From positions 832,001 through 896,000 of the forward strand of contig CP067995.1 of assembly GCA_045159875.1 (NCBI GenBank): a stretch of DNA of 64,000 nucleotides, given 5' to 3'. The position numbers and the translations under genes are program-made. Shown here piece by piece: positions 34,506 through 47,076 of the stretch; within the stretch, counting starts at the first letter, position 1, and every line of letters begins with the position of its first letter. This DNA comes from a cyanobacterium endosymbiont of Rhopalodia gibba (lineage in GTDB: Bacteria > Cyanobacteriota > Cyanobacteriia > Cyanobacteriales > Microcystaceae). The notes under the pieces are model-generated. The model had not been told where the DNA came from and did not search any database. It saw only the letters and a list, made by a program, of their open reading frames with translations.

Positions 34506-36746
34506 TTAACTAACAGCAGAAGGTTGACTTTTAGCAATAGGTAAGGTAAACCAAACTTGACATCCTTTGCCTGGTGTACTGTTAACGCCAATTTTTCCTC
34601 CGTGAGCTTCAATAATTTGACGACATTGATAAGAACCCAATCCAATTCCTGTCCTACGTCTATCGTGTAAACTACGAAGGTATAATCTAAACATTTGATT
34701 ACATTGTTTCTCTTCCATTCCTACCCCATTATCTGTCAAGCAACAATGGATCATTCCATTATTAAATGCTGCTTTTAAAACTAAATTAATTCCGGGAGTA
34801 TTATGTTTAAGGGCATTACTTAAAAGATGCTCAAATACTTGGTTTAGTTGATCAGAATCGGCAAAAACAAAAGGTAAATTATCAGAAATATCTAAGATTA
34901 GAGTAGCTTTATTTTGAATTAAGCAAGATTGCCAACTTTGAGTCAACTTTACAACAATTTCCTTGAGAGAAATTGCTTGCAAATTTATATTCATATTCAG
35001 GGAAAATTCTTCAGCAAAATGGTCTTTGGAGAGGGCATTAATCAAAGTCAATTGGCGATCACTACTTTTAATCATCCGCTCAAGAATACCATGGGAAATA
35101 CTAAGATTTTCTCCTTGACGGTTTTGGAGGTTTTTTAATAACATCAACATGCCCATAATCGAAGTTCGTAAATCGTGGGAAACTGCTTGCAAAAAGACTG
35201 CTTTCATATCATATAATTGCTGCACCTCTTGAATTTTATCTTGTAATTGGTGAGTATGTTCTTGTACTTGTTTTTCTAAATTACTATTAAGTTTTTGTAC
35301 TTTTTGATATAATTTTGCTTGACCCATAGCAATCATCATTTGATCAGCCAATTGTTCTAATAGTCGAACCTCTTCTTTTTGCCAATAACGCCTTTGAGAA
35401 CATTGATGAGCTACTAATAACCCTAAAGGTTGATCATCTACATGAAGGGGAACTACTAAAGCAGCTTTGATGTCGTAGCGTTGGGTATATTGTGCCATAA
35501 CTTCTGATAGATTAACAGAGTCGATGTCAGAAACCATAAAAGTTTGACCTTGGGCAAACAGAGATTGAATATCCGTTAGTAAATCATCCTTCGCACTTCC
35601 TCCTAAAATACTCGAATAGCGAGGTATAACTGACTCAGCTACTACATCAAGTCGTCCGTCATTGTACAGAGTCGCAATAAATACCCGATCAGCATGGATT
35701 AATCCACGAATTTCAGCGACAGTTGTCTGAAAAATCTGTTCCATATCCAAAGATCGACGAATTCGCAAAGCGACTTCTGCCAGCAGATGGTCCCGTTCTA
35801 CAGCGTCTCGTAATTGTTTTTCAACCTGTTGGCGTTCCGTGACAGCCACTGACAAAAGTAATGCTGTGGCACTGACAATGATAATAAAAATTTGTAGTGA
35901 TAAAACTGCTTGGGACAGGTTAGGAGTTTGAATAACAAACGGACCAATTCCTTCAATAGTACCTGCAATCGCTAAAATAGCCACAAAAATATTGGCTAAT
36001 ACCGCTCCCCAAGTCTGAAAACGAAGAGCAGCCCAAACCACTACTGAAAAGGGTAAATACTCTAAATATTGAGCGGTAGTTAATCCTCCTCCTTGTACAC
36101 TAGAAGAACTACCTTGACAAATAAATACTAGCCAACTTAACACCAATAAAAGTCCGCTACAAATAAACAATTCAAGAAGACGAAATTGTTTTTGGCGGCG
36201 TAAAAGTTGATTTCCATGAAATTTGAGGCGTAATAATAAGGGAGCTGTCACCAAAATTCCACTACAATCTCCTAACCACAATAACCACCAACGTTGACTA
36301 AGGTTAGCCGAAGAAAGGTTTCCAGCGACCAACTGAACCAAGGTATCAATTGAGGCATTTAGCAAGGGAGAAATAATCGCTCCCAGAAGGATTAATTCCG
36401 TTACATCTTGAATCCTTGAGAGTTTGGAAGAAAATTTTCCGCATCTTAGCAATCTAACGGCAACAATCCCTGACAAGGTACTACCGAGGGCAGAACTCAA
36501 AGCTACTCCATAATTTTCCCCGAAGGAAACCATTAAGATAGCATCTCCTAAAAAAATGCCAAACCATACCCACTCTCCATAAACCAACAGTGCAGTTATG
36601 GCAATTCCTGCTGGAAGCCATAGAGGAGAAGCTTCTGCTGCTATTCCCATCCATCGTAAACATAACCATCCTCCACTCCAGTAAGAGATCGCTACTAAAG
36701 CAAGTTTTACTAAATTTGAGCGAACAGTAATCTGGGATGAAGTCAT
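34506..36746 (-). CDS. MASE1-GAF sensor histidine kinase
   Basis: N-terminal multi-TM MASE1 (SPLWLPAGI, WWLLWLGD), GAF (GLLVAHQC..RYW), H-box VSHDLRT, N/G boxes. Confidence 0.88.
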   Translation of the reverse strand: MTSSQITVRSNLVKLALVAISYWSGGWLCLRWMGIAAEASPLWLPAGIAITALLVYGEWVWFGIFLGDAILMVSFGENYGVALSSALGSTLSGIVAVRLLRCGKFSSKLSRIQDVTELILLGAIISPLLNASIDTLVQLVAGNLSSANLSQRWWLLWLGDCSGILVTAPLLLRLKFHGNQLLRRQKQFRLLELFICSGLLLVLSWLVFICQGSSSSVQGGGLTTAQYLEYLPFSVVVWAALRFQTWGAVLANIFVAILAIAGTIEGIGPFVIQTPNLSQAVLSLQIFIIIVSATALLLSVAVTERQQVEKQLRDAVERDHLLAEVALRIRRSLDMEQIFQTTVAEIRGLIHADRVFIATLYNDGRLDVVAESVIPRYSSILGGSAKDDLLTDIQSLFAQGQTFMVSDIDSVNLSEVMAQYTQRYDIKAALVVPLHVDDQPLGLLVAHQCSQRRYWQKEEVRLLEQLADQMMIAMGQAKLYQKVQKLNSNLEKQVQEHTHQLQDKIQEVQQLYDMKAVFLQAVSHDLRTSIMGMLMLLKNLQNRQGENLSISHGILERMIKSSDRQLTLINALSKDHFAEEFSLNMNINLQAISLKEIVVKLTQSWQSCLIQNKATLILDISDNLPFVFADSDQLNQVFEHLLSNALKHNTPGINLVLKAAFNNGMIHCCLTDNGVGMEEKQCNQMFRLYLRSLHDRRRTGIGLGSYQCRQIIEAHGGKIGVNSTPGKGCQVWFTLPIAKSQPSAVS

Positions 36747-36961
36747 AAGGACTTAATTTTCCTTGTTAAAACAGCTTAATCTGTCAATAATCTAAGCTAT
36801 CTAAAGGGTGCCTAATTTAATCTTCTTTTTACTTCCTCCACCTGGGTGAACTCCCAGTAAAACCAAGAAAATAGGGAAAAAGCACCCCAAAGTATTTTCT
36901 GAATTTTTTTAGTATAATTTATATCTTGATTAACAAACCAAGTTACATAAATTTTCTATAA

Positions 36962-37612
36962 GTGTCGGATGAATCTAAAATGCGAATTTTAATTGTAGAA
37001 GATGATCCCCTAATGCAATTGGGCTTAGAACAAGCTCTCAGTGAATATCCTGATTTTGAGATTATTGGGCAAGCTGATGATGGTTATGTCGGAGTTCAAC
37101 AAGCTTTAGAGCTACAGCCTGATTTAGTGGTTATGGACATTGGACTGCCTCGCTTGGATGGAATTGCTGCGACAAAACAGATTAAAGAGAAATCACCGCA
37201 AATTCACGTAGTAATTCTTACCTCTCATACACTACAAACTGAAGTTATTGCCGCTTTATCGAGTGGAGCTGATGCCTATTGTATTAAAGGGGCGAGTTTA
37301 GAACGATTATTAGCTGCTATTGAAGCAGCTAAAGATGGCGCAACTTATTTAGATCCCCAAATTGCTCGATTAGTGTTAGATAATTTAAAACTACCCACCC
37401 CAGAATTAAACCAAAATATTGCTTTACTTTCTGAGAGAGAATTAGAAGTTTTAAAGTTAATTGTTGAAGGAAAAAGTAATAATGAAATTGCTGAAGACCT
37501 CTATCTTAGTGCCAATACAATTAAAACCCATGTACGGGGAATTATGAATAAATTAGCAGTTGATGATCGAGTACAGGCTGCTGTTGTTGCTTTGCGTTCT
37601 GGATTAGTTTAA
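36962..37612 (+). CDS. NarL/LuxR-family response regulator
   Basis: REC (VEDD, MDIGLP, T, K) plus LuxR HTH (LSERELEVL..TIKTHV). Confidence 0.92.
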   Translation: MSDESKMRILIVEDDPLMQLGLEQALSEYPDFEIIGQADDGYVGVQQALELQPDLVVMDIGLPRLDGIAATKQIKEKSPQIHVVILTSHTLQTEVIAALSSGADAYCIKGASLERLLAAIEAAKDGATYLDPQIARLVLDNLKLPTPELNQNIALLSERELEVLKLIVEGKSNNEIAEDLYLSANTIKTHVRGIMNKLAVDDRVQAAVVALRSGLV

Positions 37613-38576
37613 AATTACTTTTAAAACTTGTAGAATTTATTTTTCTAAAAACTTTTGCTAACAAGAACAAAGTACTATGATTTGATTTGAATATTAAGTA
37701 AAAAACAAATTAAAACTTAAACCTACAAAGAAATATTTACTTCTCCTCGAAGTAGTTAGAGACCCCCTAAATATCACTATGTCATATCTGATTATACTTA
37801 CTTGGTGGTTTTATATACTACTAACGTTCAGCAATTACTAGATCATGATTTTGATATAAAAAGCCGTTATCAAAAAATAGGATAGAGTTTAAACAATTTT
37901 TAAACAAGGTAATATAGAAAATAAATCTTTGAATTAATTACCTTTAATTATTCTCCAATACAAATTGATTCATTCGTCTCAGTGAAATGATTTTTTAAAG
38001 TCTTCCAATATTAGTAATACCTATGTATATCATGTAAAAAGACTTGTTCACCTAACTATTTTTTTATTAACCCTGTCAAAACAGAAACTCTCAACAGATT
38101 TGGTATCATTATTTAGACCTTAGTCCATTTAGTTTGTAAAAATGATCAAATTTTACCTTATTTTATTAGAAACAATATTACAGTTCTTAGTATTTGAAAT
38201 ACAAGTCAAGGAAATACTAGCAGATATCGTTATTAACGAGTCAGGGTTTTAATTAACTTTAAATATACTAGATAAGCTTTTATCATTCCTAGTTCAAAGA
38301 GATTATTAAATTAGTACAAGAACATATCAATCCATAGTATGAATTTTAGATCGCTATCGAGTTCAATTACAGTATCAGTAAAAATTAGGATACAGTAGTG
38401 TGCTTACAAGAGAACTCCAGCATAAAAAAATTGAGTAGTGGATTAGAAAGTTAACTGAGTACTATAACATCTCTATGGATTTAAGGTCAGATAGCATTTA
38501 ACAATGTCTTGACTTTAAAAAGCATAGTTTTGTTTATATATAAGTCTCTACACTAATTTAAATAATTTTTAAAGCC

Positions 38577-38775
38577 ATAAAAGGACTCTGGCTAGAAAAT
38601 AATCAACCAATAATATACACAGATTTACCTACTCCTGAACTATTTTTAGTAAAAACATTAATTAAGGTTCTCCAAGCAGGCATTTGTAATACGGATTTAG
38701 AATTAACTTGGGTTTGTTGTCCTTATTGGGGGATAATTGCTCATAAATTCGCAGGAGTGGTTGGGGAGGGACTCT
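38577..38775 (+). pseudogene. Zn-dependent alcohol dehydrogenase N-terminal fragment
   Basis: (ATA)KGLWLENNQ..KVLQAGICNTDLELT..YWGIIAHKFAGVV; GHE motif degraded to AHK; start lost and gene truncated. Confidence 0.8.
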
Positions 38776-39431
38776 TTCATCATCGTTTTTACGATTTTTC
38801 AATTTTGTTTAAATATTAAGAGTCGGGTGAAATGTACCATTTTTTTTCCAGATTTTAGAATCTAGTATCCTTCTCTGTTAGGACTATAACCATATGGAGC
38901 ATTCTCTGTTTTTAGCTATCTCTTCCAGCCTTATTCCGAATAATGCTTTTTCTAGTTTATTTCCTGTTTAATATTTGTAAGTTATTTTCTAGTTATTTTT
39001 AATTTTTTGACATATATAACTGGCTATACTACAGAGTAACATTGTTCCCTCATAATCGAGTCATCTTTGTTTTAAATTTGAGCATTACTTGACCGAGCAT
39101 TGCCCCTTAATTTTACTCTTTTAGTCACAAATCTAAATTTCTTGAATAAATTCGAAACAAATAATATATTCCAAGTGTTAATGTCTTTCTCGTACTATTC
39201 TAAGCACTTTTTGGCATAAGTCATAGCTATAACGTGCCAGCATAACTAATAGTGCTAACTGAATCATTCAATTACTTCTTTTTAAGAAAGAAACTGCCTT
39301 AATATTTTTGCATTATTTTATTTCACTACAAATTCTAAAAAATAGATAAATAAAACAGTGCCAAATTTATCTTAACCCTACTTTTTAACAAGATATCCTT
39401 GACACTGCTCTATTTCAATTTTTATCGTATT

Positions 39432-40874
39432 CTAACGTCCTCTATGATGGCCGACTGTCTTACGATCTAATTTTTTTCCTGAGTTAGTACGACGGGGTTT
39501 AGAATTGTCTTTGCGACTCTTACCGTTAATAATTGGTTTAGATATTCCTGCTTCGGGGACTTCCCAGTCAGTTTTCATCCAATTGGGGCAGTCTTGATCA
39601 TAAACCATCTGTAAAGCCGCAGCAGCTATGGCCTGGGGATCATATTCGTCGCTAAGTTCCCGCACAATAGGTAAAAACGAAGCCATCCGCTCCCCTGCTA
39701 AGGAATCTTGGATCTGCCTTTGTAGTCTTTCTAGTCGCTTAGCTTCCACTTGAGAGCGATTAGGAATACTACACAATTCTATTTGTTGTCGAATTCGCCG
39801 TTCAATCTGACGTACCATGCGGCGGTCAATTGGTTCAACTAAGGATATTGCTGTCCCTTTTTTTCCTGCTCGGCCTGTTCGTCCAATCCGATGAATATAA
39901 GTTTCTGCATTATCTGGCAAATCGTAGTTAATAACGTGGCTTAAATTCTCAACGTCTAACCCTCTTGCCGCAATATCCGTAGCCACAACGATCCTAATTT
40001 TACCATTTCTAAATCTATAGACCAATCGTTCTCGTTGAGACTGACTTAGATTACCATGGTATTCGTCAACACTTTGCCCGGCTTCTTGTAACTTGCTGGT
40101 AAGTTCAGAAGCTGTCTGTTTAGTCCGAACAAAAACAATGGCTGTTTCAGGGACTTCAATTTCTAAAATTGGTTGTAACGCCTTGAGTTTTGACCAACCG
40201 CGAGGAACACCATAAAGATGTTGCTCAATTTTATCAGGTGCGGCTTGAGGCTGGTCTACAGTCACTGTAACGGGAGATTTGAGGAACTGGTTAACTAATT
40301 CTCGGATTTCACGCGGCATAGTTGCTGAGAAACAAGCTGTGTTGCGTTGGTCGGGGGTTTGCTTTAAAATTTTCTTCACATCGTCGATAAAGCCCATGCT
40401 GAGCATTTCATCGGCTTCATCGAGAACAGCCCATTTTAAATTATCTAAAACCAACTTTTTGCGATCTAATAGATCGATAACCCTTCCTGGAGTTCCAACA
40501 ACAATTTGGACGCCTCGTTGTAAACTCCGAATTTGTCTGTCAATCGATTGACCTCCATAAACAGTTAAAATATACAGTCGGCGTTCAGTCGAAAAGTCCT
40601 TAATAGCAAGGGCAACCTGTTGGGCAAGTTCACGGGTTGGGGTTAAAATAAGCGCCTGTATGTTGGAATTGTTTATATCAATCTGCTCCATAATGGGCAA
40701 GGAATAAGCTGCCGTCTTTCCTGTGCCTGTCTGGGATTGTCCTAGAATGTCATGTCCTTCCAGAATTAAAGGAATTGCTTTAGTTTGGATCTCTGTTGGA
40801 CTCGTAAAACCTAGGGTCTCTAATTTATTAACACGGTCTTCAGAGAGTCCTAAGCTATTAAAGGAAATGGTCAT
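39432..40874 (-). CDS. crhR: DEAD-box RNA helicase (CrhR type)
   Basis: TGTGKT, PTRELA, DEAD, SAT, ARGLD, HRIGRTGR; downstream of rimO. Confidence 0.9.
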   Translation of the reverse strand: MTISFNSLGLSEDRVNKLETLGFTSPTEIQTKAIPLILEGHDILGQSQTGTGKTAAYSLPIMEQIDINNSNIQALILTPTRELAQQVALAIKDFSTERRLYILTVYGGQSIDRQIRSLQRGVQIVVGTPGRVIDLLDRKKLVLDNLKWAVLDEADEMLSMGFIDDVKKILKQTPDQRNTACFSATMPREIRELVNQFLKSPVTVTVDQPQAAPDKIEQHLYGVPRGWSKLKALQPILEIEVPETAIVFVRTKQTASELTSKLQEAGQSVDEYHGNLSQSQRERLVYRFRNGKIRIVVATDIAARGLDVENLSHVINYDLPDNAETYIHRIGRTGRAGKKGTAISLVEPIDRRMVRQIERRIRQQIELCSIPNRSQVEAKRLERLQRQIQDSLAGERMASFLPIVRELSDEYDPQAIAAAALQMVYDQDCPNWMKTDWEVPEAGISKPIINGKSRKDNSKPRRTNSGKKLDRKTVGHHRGR

Positions 40875-40979
40875 AAGAAATGTTAGTTAGTAACTTAACT
40901 GCGAGATTAATTTAATAGAAAGTGAAAAGTGATTAGCAATCTTTTCCCTAAGTAGGAAAAGCTTATGGTGTGTTTTCGA

Positions 40980-42323
40980 TCAAGAATCTATTTCTAGAAC
41001 ATCGTGTTGTTGCACAACTTTTCCATATAGATCGTAGGTATCAGCATAGGTAATTTTAACAGACGCAATTTCGTTTAAGAGAGCTTCTCCTTGAATATAA
41101 ACAAGACCGTCGACTTCTGGAGCAAACCGCGAGGAACGTCCTATTTTGTCCTTAGTTTGAGGATTTTCTTGCTCAATTAAAACGTCAACAATTTTTCCAA
41201 TATAATCTTGATTTTTTTTGAGAGAAATTGGCTGTTGCACCTGCATCAAAATTTCTCGTCTTTGTTGGGCTATTCCTGACGGAACTTGATGGGACATGTG
41301 ATAAGCAGGAGTTTTTTCCTCTGGAGAAAAGGCAAATACTCCAACGTGATCAAATTCATGATATTTAACAAAATTAACTAAATGGTCAAAATGTTCATCT
41401 GTTTCTCCTGGAAAGCCCACAATAAAAGTTGTTCTCAATACGGCTCCAGGAATGGAGCTCCTGATCCGTTCAATGATGCCATCATTGACATGTTCTTGCC
41501 AAGGACGATTCATTGCTTTCAAGATAGCCTGATGGGAATGTTGAAAAGGTACATCGAAATAGGGTAGGATGTTTTGGGTGTCTCCAATTGCATCAATCAC
41601 ATTACTGGTGAGTCCTGTGGGGTAGGTATAATAGATCCGAATCCAAGGAATGTCTACTGTCCCCAAAGCCCTCAATAATTGGTCTAGTCTGGGTTCTCCA
41701 TATAAATCTAATCCATAATTTGTGGTGATTTGGGAAATCAATATTAATTCTTGTACTCTTTGCTCGGCTAATTGTTGTGCTTCGGCGACAATCGACTCAA
41801 TAGAACGTGATCGTTGACTTCCTCTCAAGTGAGGAATGATACAAAATGTGCAATGGTAATCACACCCTTCTGCTATCCGCAAATAGGCCACCCCTTCAGT
41901 GGTTGTACGGTAGCGAGGAACTGTTTCATCCGCGATGAAAATAGGATTAACCGAGACCTCTTTAACTTTTTTTCCTGTTTCCACCTGTTGGATAACATCA
42001 ACAATTTTTTGATAGTCTCCTGTTCCTATTACAGCGACGGCCTCAGGAATTTCATCAAGAAGTTCTAGCTGAAAATGTTGCGCCATACAGCCCGAGATAA
42101 TAATTTTTTTCTTGGCTTCGGCTAATTCTACTAGTGTACGAACTGACTCTTGGCGAGCCTCTTGTATGAAACTACAAGTATTAACAATCACGTAGTCTGC
42201 TAATTCTTCACTACTATCTATTTGATAGCCTGCCTGCCCCAGCAAGCCCAGCATATGTTCAGAGTCAATACGGTTCTTTTCGCAGCCTAAGTGAGAAATC
42301 GCAATAGTTGGCTTACTGCCCAT
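40980..42323 (-). CDS. rimO: Ribosomal protein S12 methylthiotransferase
   Basis: [37 protein letters not shown] domain. Confidence 0.95.
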   Translation of the reverse strand: MGSKPTIAISHLGCEKNRIDSEHMLGLLGQAGYQIDSSEELADYVIVNTCSFIQEARQESVRTLVELAEAKKKIIISGCMAQHFQLELLDEIPEAVAVIGTGDYQKIVDVIQQVETGKKVKEVSVNPIFIADETVPRYRTTTEGVAYLRIAEGCDYHCTFCIIPHLRGSQRSRSIESIVAEAQQLAEQRVQELILISQITTNYGLDLYGEPRLDQLLRALGTVDIPWIRIYYTYPTGLTSNVIDAIGDTQNILPYFDVPFQHSHQAILKAMNRPWQEHVNDGIIERIRSSIPGAVLRTTFIVGFPGETDEHFDHLVNFVKYHEFDHVGVFAFSPEEKTPAYHMSHQVPSGIAQQRREILMQVQQPISLKKNQDYIGKIVDVLIEQENPQTKDKIGRSSRFAPEVDGLVYIQGEALLNEIASVKITYADTYDLYGKVVQQHDVLEIDS

Positions 42324-43533
42324 GAATTACTGTTCGGTTACATCCCATTGTTGTACACTCGGGCTATAAACCACGCTAATCTTTCTGTGTAGCCTAATGG
42401 CTATAGTCTAGAGTTCAGGTGTGGATTCGCCCCCATTCATCTATTAGTTTATCTTAACAGATTCTATCCAATAAAGAAAGTAGCTTGGAGAAAATTTTGA
42501 GAAACTCTTGACTCCTACTTCTTCAAATATTTTAGAGGTAGGCATAATTTGATCTGATTACATGATTTTTGTTCATATTTAAAGATAATTTTGATTTCGA
42601 GGAACAAATAAAAATGACATCGCAGCCAAAATTAGGATACTCGACATGAGATTAGCTCTCGAAAGTTGAACTAATTTGATTAATGGCTCCTGTTACTTTT
42701 CTGATATTTTTGGAAATGCTGTGACTGTAATCATAAGGAAATTTAGTCGTTCAACTAGATGTGTAGATGTGCAATAATGACTGTTTAATACTTCCCCTAA
42801 TCTAATTTCAGTCCATGAATTAACAGTTTTTAAGTAAACAAGGTTTTTGGGTCAGCTTAAACAATTTCAATTTAGCGGTTGATTAGTACCAGTCACCTCT
42901 AAAGAAAAACAGTATGGTTTAGGTCCCTATTATTAGGACAAATAATTAATATATTCCATCGAGAGGTTCTCATTCTTTCAGATGTCAGGAAAAATATATT
43001 GCGGTTCATTTGCATCAAAATATTTTCCATTCGTATAGCACAATTTAAACTTTTATTAAGTTCGTATATTCCCGTTTTATTTAGTCGGGTTTCTTTTTCT
43101 TTCTCTATGAAATTATTTTGTTTGTTTCTTTCTATTTAGCTAAAAATCTCATAATTTTTCTTCCCTTTCAATAATTAATCTAGAATAATCTTATCTACTT
43201 ATATTACATGGATATGAAGTTCAATCAATCTTGATAGGTGTTTATCTAAAATTAATCAATAATTATTTATTAACCTAATTACTATAATTGTTTATGTTTA
43301 AAACGGTTTTTACAAATTATTTGCTCTTACACAATAAAGAACATAAAATTCAATAGATATTTCCGTATTTAATATTAGATTTTTGCCTAATTATTATCGT
43401 TAGCTGTCTACTTTTATAAGTAACAAGTAATATCTTAGGAATCAAGTAAAAAAAGTATTCTCATGCTTATTTTTAGATGTAGATATTTTAGAGGGGGATT
43501 ACTTGGTTTAGTTTCTTCCATGAAGTCATTCAA

Positions 43534-46176
43534 TTACTTTAAAGGGTTAAAATTTTTATTTACTATTTTTATCCACCCATCTTCTAATAAAGTATAAAGT
43601 ACTGGAACTATAATTAAACTTAATAAAGACGAAGTAATTAATCCTCCAATAATAGCCACAGCCATAGGTTGTCTTAATTCTGAACCTGCTCCTAGTCCCA
43701 ACGCAATAGGCAACATTCCTAAAATTGTAGAGGTGGTTGTCATGATAATTGGTCTGAGGCGTACTTCTCCTGTCTCCAAAATAGCCTGATGACGATTTAT
43801 TCCCTGTTGTCTTAATTGGCTAATATAGTCCATTAATAATACAGCATTTTTATCTAATAATCCTAATAAAAAAATCAACCCTATTAAAGAAATCATTCCG
43901 AAATCATTCTGGGTAATTAACAAAGCCAACATTGCCCCAATAAGGGTCAACGGTAAGGACAGAACCACTACCAATGGTTCTAGCCATCGTCCAAACGAAA
44001 TATACAGAACAGCTATCATACAGACAACTGCTAAGATTAAGGCAATGGCAAATTCACTAAAAATCTTACGAACTTGTGCTGATGCTCCTTGAATATCAAA
44101 ACTAATATCATGAGGCAAGTTCGACTGAGTAATAGAAATCACTTTATTAGTAACATCCCCTAATCCAACTTTTTCTGTTAAATTAGCTGTTATGTAAATA
44201 ACTCGTTGTCTTTGAAAATGTTCAATTACAAGGGTTTGTTCATCCTCACTAGACATTTTGACATCAACTAATCCAGGAACTTCTTTGATGTGAGATTTCA
44301 ATTTCTCTGCTGTTTGTCGTAGAGATTTGAAGTCATTTCCTAATAAAGCAACTTTTAAAGTACTATCATCACCAGTTTCTACAAATAAAATATCTTCAAT
44401 ACTAGTGGTTACTCCTCGCAACTTAGGTAAAGTATTTCTAATACGTTCTTGAACTTCACTAGTACTAAATTGGCGATCACTGTTTAATTTTACATATATT
44501 TTTCCTTTCAAGGGATCACCGTGTACTCCAGCAATAGTATAGGCAGATTTCACATTAAAATCGTCTAAAATTAACTGCTCAAACTTTTTTCCTACACGAC
44601 TATTAATTCGTAATAAAAATTGTTCTGGTGATTGAGATAAATCAGAAATCCATGAAGAAGTATTATTATTAAAATTGATACGTAATCGTTGAGGAATTTT
44701 GGGAACTGGCAAAGTATAAATAATGTTGAACTCTCCCCGGTCTAATTTAGGGACAAATCCTCTAGGAATTAATGGAATTAAAGAAAGCCCTAAAATCAAA
44801 CTTATTAGGGCAATAGTTATCACAATCTTGCGATTTACCAAAGACCAATTCAATAAATTGCGATAAGGACGAACTAAGAAAAAAACTCTCTTTTTTTTAT
44901 TTTTTTCTGTCTTAGGTTTCATCCAATAGATAGCTAAAACAGGAGACAAAGTTCGAGCAACCATTAAAGAAATAAAAACTGCAGCAGAAACCGTTAGCCC
45001 AAAAGGTTTAAAAAAGTGCTCAAGATTACCCCCAATAAAAGCAATAGGAATAAAAACAGCTGCAATAGTAATAGTTGAAGCTGTTACTGTCAGTCCAATT
45101 TCATCAGTTCCTTTGATAGCTGCTTTCTTGGGATTTTCTCCACGGTCAATGTGACGAGCAATATTTTCTATATCCACAATGGCATCGTCAACAATAATGC
45201 CAATAACTAATGCCAATGCTAGTAAAGTCAGAGTTTCGAGATTAAACCCTGCTATCATCATCACAATAGCAGTTCCTAATAAGGAAATAGGAATGGTCAA
45301 GGCAGTAATTAAAGTTGCTTGAAAATTTTGTAGAAATGGAAATATAACTAAAATAGCTAAAACAATTGCTCCAATTAAACCCTGAATGGTTGACTGAGTA
45401 GCTTCCTCTATGTAATCAGCTTGAGTTTCTGCCAAAATTAGCCGTAGATCAGGTAAGTTGGCTTGTAACTCATCTACTGCTTTTTTTGTGAGACTCACTA
45501 CATTAAGGGTATTAGCATCAGCCTGCTTTACTATTCGTATCGACAAGACATCTTTTCTATTAAAGCGTACCAGTGTTGGGGGATTTATCTCATCAGGTTC
45601 AGTATCCTTGACTTCCCTAAAATTGCCATCTCCCAACAATTCTACCCGACTTACTCCCGGTAATTTTTCTAATGGAGGGATAATTTGCTGTCGAGCAATA
45701 TCGGCTAATGTCTCCAGAGGTTGAGTTTCACTTTGAATCGCATAACTGATAGCTGCTGATTCATTAATACTGAGAGTTCTAACTTTTAGGTTAGCATCAG
45801 AAGGTAAACTAGCTTGTTTGAGAGCAGATTTTACGATTTTGGTAGACTCATCTAGTTTTAATCGTGCATCAAATGCTACATTAATAATACTTTGCCCAGG
45901 ATAGCTAGAAGAAAATAACTCAGCATTATTAAGTGCTCGCAAAGATTCTTCAAGAGGATTAGTTAATCTTAGTTCTGTTTCCTCTGCAGTATTAAAAGGA
46001 ACAGTAGCCTGTATGACGACTATGGGAAAGGAAACATCAGGAAACAAGGCGTATCTCAAAGAACTAAAGGCAAAAATACCAAAAACTGTTACAATTGCCC
46101 AAAAACATAGGGTAAATCGTGCATATTTAATGGCAAAACGAGAAATGTTTAGACTTTTTCGAAGGGCTTGTTTCAT
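43534..46176 (-). CDS. RND (AcrB/AcrD/AcrF family) permease
   Basis: GIIVDDAIV, RLRPIIMTT, PMAVAIIGGL; 880 aa. Confidence 0.9.
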   Translation of the reverse strand: MKQALRKSLNISRFAIKYARFTLCFWAIVTVFGIFAFSSLRYALFPDVSFPIVVIQATVPFNTAEETELRLTNPLEESLRALNNAELFSSSYPGQSIINVAFDARLKLDESTKIVKSALKQASLPSDANLKVRTLSINESAAISYAIQSETQPLETLADIARQQIIPPLEKLPGVSRVELLGDGNFREVKDTEPDEINPPTLVRFNRKDVLSIRIVKQADANTLNVVSLTKKAVDELQANLPDLRLILAETQADYIEEATQSTIQGLIGAIVLAILVIFPFLQNFQATLITALTIPISLLGTAIVMMIAGFNLETLTLLALALVIGIIVDDAIVDIENIARHIDRGENPKKAAIKGTDEIGLTVTASTITIAAVFIPIAFIGGNLEHFFKPFGLTVSAAVFISLMVARTLSPVLAIYWMKPKTEKNKKKRVFFLVRPYRNLLNWSLVNRKIVITIALISLILGLSLIPLIPRGFVPKLDRGEFNIIYTLPVPKIPQRLRINFNNNTSSWISDLSQSPEQFLLRINSRVGKKFEQLILDDFNVKSAYTIAGVHGDPLKGKIYVKLNSDRQFSTSEVQERIRNTLPKLRGVTTSIEDILFVETGDDSTLKVALLGNDFKSLRQTAEKLKSHIKEVPGLVDVKMSSEDEQTLVIEHFQRQRVIYITANLTEKVGLGDVTNKVISITQSNLPHDISFDIQGASAQVRKIFSEFAIALILAVVCMIAVLYISFGRWLEPLVVVLSLPLTLIGAMLALLITQNDFGMISLIGLIFLLGLLDKNAVLLMDYISQLRQQGINRHQAILETGEVRLRPIIMTTTSTILGMLPIALGLGAGSELRQPMAVAIIGGLITSSLLSLIIVPVLYTLLEDGWIKIVNKNFNPLK

Positions 46177-46240
46177 CGAGTTACTACTTAACTGTCATTT
46201 CCTTTGGTTATACCAAGTCGTCTTTTCTAATGACGATTTC

Positions 46241-46588
46241 TTAATCTTCAAATAAGAGATCTCCGAGAACTTGATCAAAGCAAGCTGTTCCATAAGAAGT
46301 TAAAATTTCTTTAGCCTTAGGATCTTTATTACGATATCTATTTAATAAATTCTGAAAGTCATTGAACTTATGTTTACTTTTGAGCGTATTAACAGTGCAA
46401 TTACATAACTTTCTGGATTCCTCCTTGGTAAGACCGGATGCTTGTGCTTCCGGAACACAATTTTTTTGATAGAAATCTGCAAAGGGATCTGGTGCAGCGC
46501 TTACGTTTTGGGAAATAGGGACAATTGACACCGCTCCTACGACTAGTAAAGTTAATAAGGTAAATATATAGCGAGTATTATTAATCAT
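46241..46588 (-). CDS. Hypothetical exported protein with four Cys
   Basis: Signal-peptide-like N-terminus; C..CNC..C pattern; upstream of the RND permease. Confidence 0.7.
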   Translation of the reverse strand: MINNTRYIFTLLTLLVVGAVSIVPISQNVSAAPDPFADFYQKNCVPEAQASGLTKEESRKLCNCTVNTLKSKHKFNDFQNLLNRYRNKDPKAKEILTSYGTACFDQVLGDLLFED

Positions 46589-46755
46589 AAATTTATGGTC
46601 GACTCCAGACGATCCAGTAAATTAACAAACAAACAGTTTTATTTTTCGCTTTCAGTCTACACTCGCCTGAGGTTTAAAATAGCTTTCACTATAACAGTTT
46701 TAAGAATTGCATAAACTCCATAATTTTTGATATAATGACAAAGCCTAATAAAAAT

Positions 46756-46827
<72 letters not shown>

Positions 46828-47076
46828 TTAAATGTTAAACTTAATTCAGTAAGTTTTGTTCTAACTATTGTATTTTTGTGAAGCGACTTACGGTTGTTTT
46901 TCTAGTTTACTAGAGAAATTGTTCTGTGCTATGGACAAAGATATGATCTATGGCGAACCGTGGACGGATATGAGAAAATTCTGGATATTGTAGTTTAAAA
47001 ACCAAAAATGTTTAAAAATAAAAGGCTCTCGTAGATTGTTGATAAATACGCCATTAACGCTTTTTATTCTTCTGCA

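Noticed and set aside
42480..43100. Possible btpA pseudogene upstream of rimO; other unassigned relic-like tracts at 38080-38500, 38780-39290, 50300-51000 and 54700-55100
   Set aside because: The frames I translated matched neither BtpA nor any family I could recognise
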